DNA of 64,000 nucleotides from NCBI GenBank assembly GCA_000165345.1, contig CM000433.1, positions 352,001 to 416,000 of the forward strand, read 5' to 3'. Shown piece by piece: positions 56,301 to 64,000 of this stretch (position 1 is its first letter; each line of letters starts with the position of its first letter). The notes under the pieces were generated by a model. It saw only the letters and a program-made list of their open reading frames with translations, ran no database searches and was not told where the DNA came from. The position numbers and the translations under genes were made by a program.

Positions 56301-59300
56301 TGACTTTAAACCACTATAATGATAATGCTTGTGGTAATGTTTTGGATAGTTGTTACAAGAATTCAATTTTTCCGTAATGTTAATCATCCTGGCGTCATTT
56401 TGTTTCATTTTTCTTAACTTATTTTCTTCACTGATAATATGCATTGTAATTGGATCGATTATTTTGTCATGAGCATTGTGCTTACTACAAATATGGCAAG
56501 AACAGCTTGACCCTGAGTTATAATTTTCTGAATTGAAGATATTAGTGTAATTCTTAAGAAGTTTAAAATAATTTCTTCTAGTTCTATTTTTCATATAAAT
56601 ATCTTCGTACATATTAATGGTGCTTGTACCTATTTCGCTTTCTAACTCAACACGCTTATTCGTAGCAAATTTTTTGGTTTCTAAAGTCTTCACTGGGTGG
56701 ATTTGATGTTCTGATTTTAATACATTTTCCATTAAATTTATTTTTAATGCTTTATTTGTGGTATTCACTATTTCTTCATTTTTTGGGCTTCTAATCGAAA
56801 TGTTATTTAGGTCAAGTACATTATGAATATTTCTGTTTGCAATCTTTTTCCTTGATATCCTTCTAACAAGTTTTTTAGAATTCTTATTTTCCATCTTTAG
56901 TATATTTGAAGAAAATTTTCTATATGATTGATCGTTTTGTTCTATTGAAGAAAAGTCAGATGAAAGTAATTTCTCAATAGCAACCAGCTTTCTGTTTCCA
57001 CAATTATTTACTTCACCTTGGCTTGATTGTTCTTTACTTAGAAAATTACCATGCTGATCTAATTTTGTTTTTATTAAGAGGCCTGAGTTTTTCCTGGCTA
57101 AACTATTTCTTTCTTCAAAAGGTTTTAATTCAAATTCCGCTGATTGCTTTCTTTGAGCTTTGTAATCTAAATCTTTACATTCTTTGTTGTTTTCCTGATT
57201 CGTACTTCCAAATATTTCACACAACCTGTTTAAAACACCTCTAAATTGCGAAAATTGAATTTGTTTGTCTTCAACTTTTACAATATTTGTTTCACTCCTA
57301 ATTAAATTACTGGTTGAATTGATTTGATGAGCACTACTATAAATTTTATATTGTAATTTTGGAACTGTTAAATGGCACCTCAAAAGCATCCTCTTTTTTT
57401 GGCTTAATAGAGGTTTTTGAATTTTATCTCCTTTAAAAGATAAACTTGAGTCTGATAACTTGATTAATTCATTTTCATTTTGCTTGCTTTGATTATGTAC
57501 AACTTCAGAGCTTATACAATCTTCCAGAGTGATTATTTTTTTTAAACTAGCTTTGGAAACAAGTGTTTTGTTATCTACTTCAATAGAACTTTTCACTTGG
57601 AAATTACTATTTTTTGGAGAACTAAAATTTTTCAAATTGTTTTCTTCCTTGAAATCTCTATTTGCTATATCTTCATTTGAAGTTTTTTTAACTTGATTTT
57701 CTCTTTTTTTGTTAGAAAGTATTTTTGTCTTGTCCTTCATTATTTCACTCCATTTCCCTTTCAGTATATCTTTGCTTTCACTTTTTCTTTGAATGCCATT
57801 ATCTTTTAAATCTGTGTTAGATAATTGATTTGCACATTTTTGACTATCTATTGGCATACTTATTTCACTTTTAATATTTGCATTTGAAATATCTGCACCA
57901 CTAGCTGCCTTCATCTTATTTATTTTCTTTTGTGAATCTTTTTTAGTATTAATGGCTAATTCTCCTTTCAGGAGAGGTATGCTTTTATTCATACTATTTG
58001 ATTTGCTCTCATTAGATATTAAACTGTTATCTACTTTGATTGTTAAAGGAGAAACTTGTTTATTAAGCTGGTCAGGATATTTTTTTATAAACCTGTTTGA
58101 GTTATCTATATCATTTTTTTGAATTACCTCCACATGTTCCGTATTTGTTTGTCTGTTTTCTATTATGTCGAGCTTTATATCTTCATTTACCTTTTTTTTA
58201 TTTGGAGATCCTTGAGATATTATATTTTCCTCAGGGTTTAATTTTACAGGAATACCAATTTTATCTTCTTTAAATTCGTTGTTATTTCCGGATTTTAATT
58301 CAGAAACAGTTCTTGGGTGTTTATTCTGCTCGTTTACTTTTGACTTAGCAATAAATAATAATTTTAACTCATCATGAATATTCATTTCTTTTAAATTGTC
58401 TTGATTGTGTACAGGCATTTTCTGTAAAATTTTAGAACTTTCATTAAAATCATTGTTTTTAATTAACTCGACTTTCGGCTTTATTTCATTCAAATCTGGT
58501 ATTTTTTTATTGATTATAGAGTTATTTTTTTGTATTTCAACCTCTTTTGTTTCAGTTTTATTATTAAAATTCTTATCGGTTTCTAATACTTCATATCTAG
58601 GTAAGGTTTCAGATTTATCTTTATTATTTTGTTTCAAGTCTATTAGTGCTTTACTTGAAACTTCTTTTTTGTCTTTACTCTCAATGGTCGGTATTTTGTC
58701 TATATTAGATTGATTTTCTTCCATTTTTAATTTCATAAGATTTTCTCTTTCTTGCACTTTAAACTTTAGCTCTTCCTGAAAATCTATATCATTTCTAATT
58801 CCTTGATTTTCAATTTGTAATTTAAGATCTCCGGGAAAAACTGTTGGTCTCTCTTCCATATGAGTAGTTTTATTGAGTTCATTCATTGATTTATTTTCTA
58901 ATTTTGAAGAATCATTAACTTCGAACTCAATTTCAATATTTTTATTCAAGGCTTTTGGTTCCTCTGAATGGACTTTATCTTCCACTTTCAATCCAAAACT
59001 TTGATCTTTTCCTTCAAGCTGTTTTTTATCGTTGTGATCTTTATCTATTTTTATTCCTAAATCTTGTTCACAATCTGACTCTGCTTTCGAGATTTTTTGC
59101 TCTGCTGCATCTAATACTTCTTCATGATACTTTTTCTCATTTTTTTTAATGTCCACATTATTTTCGGGATTTGATTCCAAATAACCTGTTGTTCTTCTAT
59201 CTTTAGATTCTTTTTCAACATTCTCCCGTTCATTATCTTCTTTTTCTAGATTATCCCCTATATTATTCATTTTAGTTGGTTTGTTTGCTTCCAATAATTC

Positions 59301-60887
59301 ATTAGTTTTATTATTTTCAGCTTGAAAATTCTCCATAGTGCTTATTTTCTTGTTACTCTTTGCTGTTTTTGTATCCATTGCTATATTTTCTATATCATGT
59401 TTTTCATCCTTAATTTCATCTCTTTCTTGAGTTTTTTGATCTTTTGATTCGTTGCAAATTTGCTCACTATTTAATAAGACTTCGTTTATGCTTGTATCAT
59501 TCTTTTGCTCTACTTTACCTTGATTGTTTAACTTTAGCTTTTCAATATCTTTTTTGTCCACTGGTTCCAATTTATTCTCTTGCTCCTTTTTGTATAATAA
59601 TTGAATATCGGCCTTATTTTCTCTTTCTGTATTAATATTGTTCTCATCCTTCAAAACTTTTATATCACTTGAACAATCTTCTATAGTTAGCTTATAATTT
59701 TCCTTCAATTCCTCATCTAACTTATTACAAATTTTGTGGTTTGAAGAAGCAATTACATCATTTTGATTTTCTTCCATACAACTTTCAAAACAAACTCTTG
59801 TTTCACCCGTTTTTTCACCCCCCTCTGAATTATCGTTCTTTGAATACTTAATCTCTGGAACTTTTATGTTAGTAGTACTGTCTTGAGTATTGTCCATTTC
59901 TTGTTTATTTATTGAAATTAAATTAGAGTTATTTAATTCAGTTTTAGAAATAGGTTTAATATCCTTTACTTCTTTATTAGTTAAATCCTGACTTGCATTT
60001 TCACATTTACTATTTAAACTAACCTCTTGAGTGGGGTTTATCCTTTCAAGTTCAGTTTCTTTTTCAAACTCCTGACTCTTAATGTTTTTGCCTTTTAGCA
60101 TTATGCTTTTATTTAGTGTTACCTTCTTACTAAAAGCAGGTTTACTTTCCTTGGAAACTAAACTGTGTTTCAAACTTATTAGTTTGGAGCCAGTTCTTTC
60201 CAAATTTTTATCTTCTGCACCAATATTAGTTGAACTTAATTTGGGAATCGTATTTTTTAACTTTATTTTTTGGTTATTTTCATCATAACTTAAATCAGAT
60301 CGATGAGTACTGCTTTTAATGGTTAACGAACTTTCTTCTTCTTCATGTGACTTAATAAGAGATTGTAGTGTTGACTTTACTTTATCCATTATTTTTTTTG
60401 AAGATTTATTTTTTCTACGTATTGAAGAAATTTCAGGGTTATTACTCCCTTTTTCAATTAAGTCAATTTTTTTTCCAGTTCCTGGAATTACGAAATTGTA
60501 CCTTAACTTATCATTAAAATAATCTTCTATATTCATTAAGCTGTTAGAATGATTAACCTTCTTTTCTTCATCTGAATCCCAATCAACCGAAACCAGACTA
60601 AAACAATGCTTTCCTAACATTCTATTTTTTATTTGGTTAATAGATATGTCTTGATAATTTGTTGATATTGATTTATCAATACCTAACTCTGGTTCTTGAG
60701 GTATGGACAAATTATTCGAAAAAACACTTGAGCGATTACTAGAAGATGAGCCTAAACTATCATTGTTAAATAACTCATTTATCCTTTGTGCTGAATTATC
60801 ATCTTTGAATCTTTCCTTGACCTTGTTAAGTTCTAGTAGCGGAAGGACAACCTCACCATTGACAATGCTAATATTGCTGTTACTCAT
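53352..60887 (-). CDS. Giant (2,511 aa) low-complexity protein with eleven C-terminal paired-tryptophan SSWFSGWFG motifs in Pro/Thr-rich 52-aa tandem repeats
   Basis: Single uninterrupted ORF. N-terminal and central parts are K/N/E/S-rich and include a short His/Cys/Lys-rich patch (HYHKHYHYSGLKSSKLEKKHRKSSCKHNHMSKHKDKYKHYKKCHRSKSKK). The C-terminal ~900 aa has 11 copies of [ED]SSWF[SGT][SG]WFG, each followed by P/T-rich linkers (TPAPPPTPTATINPEPTKTPTDIPKESSTPPQPQPPA). Confidence 0.75.
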   Translation of the reverse strand: MSNSNISIVNGEVVLPLLELNKVKERFKDDNSAQRINELFNNDSLGSSSSNRSSVFSNNLSIPQEPELGIDKSISTNYQDISINQIKNRMLGKHCFSLVSVDWDSDEEKKVNHSNSLMNIEDYFNDKLRYNFVIPGTGKKIDLIEKGSNNPEISSIRRKNKSSKKIMDKVKSTLQSLIKSHEEEESSLTIKSSTHRSDLSYDENNQKIKLKNTIPKLSSTNIGAEDKNLERTGSKLISLKHSLVSKESKPAFSKKVTLNKSIMLKGKNIKSQEFEKETELERINPTQEVSLNSKCENASQDLTNKEVKDIKPISKTELNNSNLISINKQEMDNTQDSTTNIKVPEIKYSKNDNSEGGEKTGETRVCFESCMEENQNDVIASSNHKICNKLDEELKENYKLTIEDCSSDIKVLKDENNINTERENKADIQLLYKKEQENKLEPVDKKDIEKLKLNNQGKVEQKNDTSINEVLLNSEQICNESKDQKTQERDEIKDEKHDIENIAMDTKTAKSNKKISTMENFQAENNKTNELLEANKPTKMNNIGDNLEKEDNERENVEKESKDRRTTGYLESNPENNVDIKKNEKKYHEEVLDAAEQKISKAESDCEQDLGIKIDKDHNDKKQLEGKDQSFGLKVEDKVHSEEPKALNKNIEIEFEVNDSSKLENKSMNELNKTTHMEERPTVFPGDLKLQIENQGIRNDIDFQEELKFKVQERENLMKLKMEENQSNIDKIPTIESKDKKEVSSKALIDLKQNNKDKSETLPRYEVLETDKNFNNKTETKEVEIQKNNSIINKKIPDLNEIKPKVELIKNNDFNESSKILQKMPVHNQDNLKEMNIHDELKLLFIAKSKVNEQNKHPRTVSELKSGNNNEFKEDKIGIPVKLNPEENIISQGSPNKKKVNEDIKLDIIENRQTNTEHVEVIQKNDIDNSNRFIKKYPDQLNKQVSPLTIKVDNSLISNESKSNSMNKSIPLLKGELAINTKKDSQKKINKMKAASGADISNANIKSEISMPIDSQKCANQLSNTDLKDNGIQRKSESKDILKGKWSEIMKDKTKILSNKKRENQVKKTSNEDIANRDFKEENNLKNFSSPKNSNFQVKSSIEVDNKTLVSKASLKKIITLEDCISSEVVHNQSKQNENELIKLSDSSLSFKGDKIQKPLLSQKKRMLLRCHLTVPKLQYKIYSSAHQINSTSNLIRSETNIVKVEDKQIQFSQFRGVLNRLCEIFGSTNQENNKECKDLDYKAQRKQSAEFELKPFEERNSLARKNSGLLIKTKLDQHGNFLSKEQSSQGEVNNCGNRKLVAIEKLLSSDFSSIEQNDQSYRKFSSNILKMENKNSKKLVRRISRKKIANRNIHNVLDLNNISIRSPKNEEIVNTTNKALKINLMENVLKSEHQIHPVKTLETKKFATNKRVELESEIGTSTINMYEDIYMKNRTRRNYFKLLKNYTNIFNSENYNSGSSCSCHICSKHNAHDKIIDPITMHIISEENKLRKMKQNDARMINITEKLNSCNNYPKHYHKHYHYSGLKSSKLEKKHRKSSCKHNHMSKHKDKYKHYKKCHRSKSKKMELKNERNEANNTFSKNMKYEQNSEKANSNSNNIYCSNDFALLKDQIETILREYGVIDRVPRQDMSSNAQNCNLSIEPNDISILKDILLDTNKLLSQNIEASKTKPQKIKENLPCSNNNEQEKNIDFSELETNKYTENRKVSRLYEILRLPSNGLERAIIHRNMMRMKLDLDKIRKDEFDRIINTQTTRRCSKNGQRIAKGRRSIPNISKTNNSAENFDPNRQGSLKMVKKTILKSSKQQSDTKNQSSSWFSSWFGNNSSANEIQEDISPIEKDNTFNQETLDKKVANYDQIQIKKSAVNSNSSPKAKQANSPPPPLAQGYYVDNKSNNTKYYNSSKSDARATKATSNDDESIDLNSFIDFSDQDVSTQKNNLEIEKEIEENYNKDEGPVPEAECETNEQESSFWGWFGYSTTPENPKAKIKTAKTTQKNITKNNQQKLKRKASNKLPPKANNEGNREHENSPQTSSSAVPAQETSWFTGWFGIGAESSPPPPPPPTPTLRPKDKPKWSPPPPLEPIDNSANTQTIVENGFGQENEQPPPPPPTPAPVEESSWFSSWFGGTTEPAKVNDLKERPAMKNVGAKKKSSVKSKVNQQNIATVKPINELPSIKISPAPEPTQPTVEESSWFSGWFGASETTPAPPPTPTATINPEPTKTPTDIPKESSTPPQPQPPAEESSWFSGWFGASETTPAPPPTPTATINPEPTKTPTDIPKESSTPPQPQPPAEESSWFSGWFGASETTPAPPPTPTATANPKPRKNPKEAPKKDSTPSSPPIPQSSQIQPTSQPQPQPQPPAEESSWFSGWFGASETTPAPPPTPTATINPEPTKVPTDAKENLASSPPPPSPPPPAEESSWFSGWFGASETTPAPPPTPTITENPTQNNPSTNNLQIPNPSNPTPSPTPQTAEDSSWFGGWLGGQSEPTPPAPPPTPSGGQESSWFSGFGW
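53540..54340. repeat. Tandem array of 156-bp coding repeats (three near-identical copies at about 53869-54336 plus degenerate copies upstream)
   Basis: The 156-bp unit tgaggttgaggtggagttgaactttccttgggaatatctgtaggagttttcgttggctctggatttattgtagctgttggagttggaggaggagcaggggttgtttcagatgccccaaaccaaccactaaaccatgaagactcctctgcaggtggc recurs at 54025 and 54181 almost without mismatch. It encodes the 52-aa WF repeat of the giant gene. Antisense ORFs here are artifacts. Confidence 0.8.
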
Positions 60888-61551
60888 CTATTGTTTTCTC
60901 CATTAATTTAAATATATACTATTTCTTTTCAATTAAAAAAATATTATTTCCATCATAAATCTTTAGAAAAGAATTCACCTATTTCCCTCCAATATGTCAA
61001 ACTATGACATAAAACCTCAAAAACAAAAATATAAACTAAATATAAGATGTTCAAATGGGAATGGATGCAATTCCTTTAAAACACTTTATGTTTAAATTAA
61101 ATATTAAATGATATTAATTATTTCAAAATATTTACTACTTACCTAAACCCACTCCAAACACACATGCACCTTTAATTTCCGCATGTTACCGCCAACTCAT
61201 CAAATTTAATTCTGATCAAAAAATTATCCTTTTTTTTTTTATCATATTAAACGTATAAAATCATTATTAATAGAAAATTTAAGCATATAATATTGTTTTT
61301 TGTACAATTTGTGAGCGTTTTCTTGCCAGATTTACCAAGATAAAAGAAATCATGCATTATATTTCAAAGTAATTTTAGATCTTGATCAGCCGAAATTTAA
61401 AACCATTTAGCAAAAAATCTTTGCTAAAAATAACTAAAGTAATTCATGGCAATTGAAAATATATATTTTTCAAGAGTATAAAGTTGTGCTTTGCGTATCA
61501 ACTTGTATTACAGAAACAAGTAATGTTTAGATATGTTTAAATAATCTATTA

Positions 61552-62430
61552 ATGATTTCATTCATATTTAAAAATAAACAATTTGTTAAAATTGTTATTA
61601 TTGCGCTGCTTCCTTGCCTAAATGCACTTTTTTGGTTGTTTTTCATTTCAAATGGCTGGCTTGCAATGTATAGCATGCATTTTATATGCATGTTTTTTAT
61701 CCCAACTTTTTTTTATGGTCTTCAATATCTTACGAGCAATTTAAGCGATGCTCGAGAGTATGGAAAAAATTTTGACATACTCAAGTGCATATGTGTTTGT
61801 ATCTTTACATCATTCTTTGGGACTACATGTCTTTTTTTAGTATCAGAGCTTTCAAAGATTATTCCAACATTTGATCTTTTAAATATTGAAGAAATCAAAA
61901 ATGGGTTATTAAAAGAAGGGATAATTAAAGATCCAACAAATAAAATTGGTTTTTCTACGTGGTTTTCGAGCATCTACTTTTCAATAGTTAATCCAATTAT
62001 AGAAGAACTTTTTTGGAGGTCATTTGTTTATAAAGAATTAATAATCTCATTAGGAGTTAGAAATGAAACCAACCCACAATCAAGGTTTAACATTAATGAG
62101 ATTGGGGCACATTATTCAGACTTTTTGATAGCAAGAGATCATAGCAGTAACTTATTTGAAAGTTATGATGTTGAAAGTGGACAAATTGGCTACAAAGTAA
62201 ATACTGAGCTTGCGAGCATTATTTGCTCAGTATTATATTCGCTTTATCATTTTTTTGTGCTAATACGCTTTTCCTCCATCCACTGTTCAATATTATCAAC
62301 AATCTCCTTAGCAATTATAGGTCGGGCACTACTTTATGTAAATAGAAAATTCCACACTATATACTCTGTTTATATTCACATCGGGATGGACATTTCAATA
62401 GTAATATTCCTATTACTATCTCTAAAATGA
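61552..62430 (+). CDS. CPBP-family intramembrane metalloprotease (CAAX protease Rce1-like / Abi)
   Basis: Motif 1 PIIEELFWRSFVY (EExxxR), motif 2 LYSLYHFFVL (FxxxH) and motif 3 HIGMDIS (HxxxD/N) are embedded in multiple TM helices. Confidence 0.7.
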   Translation: MISFIFKNKQFVKIVIIALLPCLNALFWLFFISNGWLAMYSMHFICMFFIPTFFYGLQYLTSNLSDAREYGKNFDILKCICVCIFTSFFGTTCLFLVSELSKIIPTFDLLNIEEIKNGLLKEGIIKDPTNKIGFSTWFSSIYFSIVNPIIEELFWRSFVYKELIISLGVRNETNPQSRFNINEIGAHYSDFLIARDHSSNLFESYDVESGQIGYKVNTELASIICSVLYSLYHFFVLIRFSSIHCSILSTISLAIIGRALLYVNRKFHTIYSVYIHIGMDISIVIFLLLSLK

Positions 62431-62501
62431 GAAAAAACTAGAACTTAAAGAATTAAGATAAAAAGAAAAACTTAATCGATACTATCCTACACGCCACGAA
62501 C

Positions 62502-63842
62502 TTATCTGATTCTTGCGATGGGTTTTCTGAAGTTGGCTCCTGCAAAGGAACAGTTATTGCCAAGCTCTTCTTCGATACGCATTAGTTGGTTGTACTTAGC
62601 AACGCGCTCACTTCTACAAGGCGCGCCAGTTTTAAGTTGGCCTGTACCTAGGCCAACAGTTAAATCTGCGATAAATGTATCTTCTGTCTCTCCAGATCTG
62701 TGTGAAACTTGAATACCCCAGCCAAACGATCTTGCGAGGTCAAATGCTGCGATTGCTTCTGTAACAGTGCCGATCTGGTTGACCTTTAATAGCAAAGCGT
62801 TGCATGCGCCTTTCTCCTTTCCGATCCTGAGACGGCTCATATTAGTAACAAATAAATCATCTCCCATAATTTGAACTTTCTCACCAACTTGGCTTGTCAA
62901 TGAAGCATATGCTTCATAATCATCCTGATCAAATGGATCCTCAATGCTTGCGATATCATACTTTGAACAAATGTTCTTCCACATCTCCGTTAGCTCTTGG
63001 CTCGAAAGATAATTATTAGAGTCTTTGCACTTGAAGTTTAGATCATAGCACTTCTTATCCTCAACAAAAAATTCAGAAGCTGCAGGATCTAAAGAGATTT
63101 TAATCTTGCCTGAATATCCACAGATGTTTATTGCCTCTGTAATCAAGTCGAGTGCTTCCTCTGGAGTAGCAATATCTGGAGCAAACCCACCCTCATCACC
63201 AATATTTGTAGCTCCTAATCCATACTTTTTCTTGATAACTGATTTCAAGGTGTGATATACCTCGGCGCCATATCTAAGTGCCTCCTTGAAATTTGGTGCG
63301 CCTACTGGGAAAATCATGAACTCTTGAGGAGCAAGAGCATTACCTGCATGCTTTCCTCCATTCAAAACATTAAATGACGGAACAGGCATAACGAAGTTAT
63401 TAGTATCATTTCCTGCCAATTCAGCGATATACTTGTATAATGGAACGCCTCTTGCTGCTGCTCCTGCTCTGGCCAATGCGAAGGAAACTGCCGTTGTCGC
63501 ATTAGCACCGAGCTTTGACTTTGTGAAACCATACTCATTCTTTGAACCATCCAACTGTTCTGTCATCATGGTATCGAGCTCTGTTTGATGTGTTGGGTCT
63601 TTACCAATCAATGCAGGAGCAATTATTTTATTTACATTTTCAACAGCTTTTTGCACACCTTTACCGAGATATCTCTTCTCATCACCATCACGTAATTCCT
63701 TGGCTTCATAGATACCTGTTGAGGCACCAGAGGGGCAACATGCTCTGAATACTCCTTGCTCTGTTGTAATTTCTGCTTCTACAGTTGGATTTCCTCTGGA
63801 ATCCAAAATTTCACGTGCTTTTACTGACAATATAGAAGGCAT
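62502..63842 (-). CDS. ENO: Enolase (phosphopyruvate hydratase) with a plant/alveolate-type pentapeptide insertion
   Basis: [24 protein letters not shown]...[49 protein letters not shown] matches enolase end to end. An extra EYGFT precedes KSKLGANA (nt 63522-63536, minus strand), where plants and apicomplexans have EWGWC. Confidence 0.95.
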   Translation of the reverse strand: MPSILSVKAREILDSRGNPTVEAEITTEQGVFRACCPSGASTGIYEAKELRDGDEKRYLGKGVQKAVENVNKIIAPALIGKDPTHQTELDTMMTEQLDGSKNEYGFTKSKLGANATTAVSFALARAGAAARGVPLYKYIAELAGNDTNNFVMPVPSFNVLNGGKHAGNALAPQEFMIFPVGAPNFKEALRYGAEVYHTLKSVIKKKYGLGATNIGDEGGFAPDIATPEEALDLITEAINICGYSGKIKISLDPAASEFFVEDKKCYDLNFKCKDSNNYLSSQELTEMWKNICSKYDIASIEDPFDQDDYEAYASLTSQVGEKVQIMGDDLFVTNMSRLRIGKEKGACNALLLKVNQIGTVTEAIAAFDLARSFGWGIQVSHRSGETEDTFIADLTVGLGTGQLKTGAPCRSERVAKYNQLMRIEEELGNNCSFAGANFRKPIARIR

Positions 63843-64000
63843 GGCTAAACTTCAATACAAAAATCTCAAATAAATTTGGAAAATAACTATAATAAAATAT
63901 TTTATTATTTCTTAACTGAAACAATGAAAATAATTTCGCAGTATCTATATCTATAACCTCGGGCATGCTGTGTACGAATTAGAGTTTGGTGTGCAGGCGC

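Noticed and set aside
62502-63842. Definite species assignment (for example Cryptosporidium parvum)
   Set aside because: GC content, gene density, GGCGCC motifs and the enolase insertion are consistent with it. The intron frequency and minimal intron sizes are not decisive, and I cannot run similarity searches, so the assignment is left as alveolate/apicomplexan-like.

Overview
This window is an AT-rich (roughly 30% GC, estimated by eye), very gene-dense segment of a eukaryotic nuclear chromosome, not prokaryotic DNA. About 35 protein-coding genes lie in 64 kb on both strands; many proteins are N/K/S-rich with low-complexity tracts. At least 11 genes carry tiny spliceosomal introns of 39-62 nt (one of 120 nt) with strong GTAAGT donors and AG acceptors. 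Recognisable products are eukaryote-specific housekeeping proteins: enolase, CTP synthase, CCT-delta, proteasome alpha-5, GPN1, Gar1, Isy1, Prp3, Cactin, Las1, Esf1, NEMF/Rqc2, a Hop1-like HORMA protein, PIG-Q/Gpi1, a SNAP-25-like SNARE, an FG nucleoporin, DJ-1, a MORN protein and a TOG-domain protein. A plant-like pentapeptide insertion in enolase and recurring GGCGCC (E2F-like) promoter motifs suggest an alveolate/apicomplexan-like organism, possibly Cryptosporidium-like, but I cannot confirm this from sequence alone. I found no tRNA, rRNA, CRISPR array or transposon. The gene coordinates below are corrected for start codons and introns relative to the six-frame ORF track. The most unusual object is a 2,511-aa low-complexity protein (53352-60887, minus) whose C-terminus carries eleven copies of a paired-tryptophan motif (SSWFSGWFG) inside near-identical 156-bp tandem repeats. 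Other points of interest are stop codons embedded in intron donor sites (so ORF callers split genes), a six-exon gene fusing a secreted poly-Asp protein with a tail-anchor, and convergent genes whose stop codons are 2-6 nt apart.
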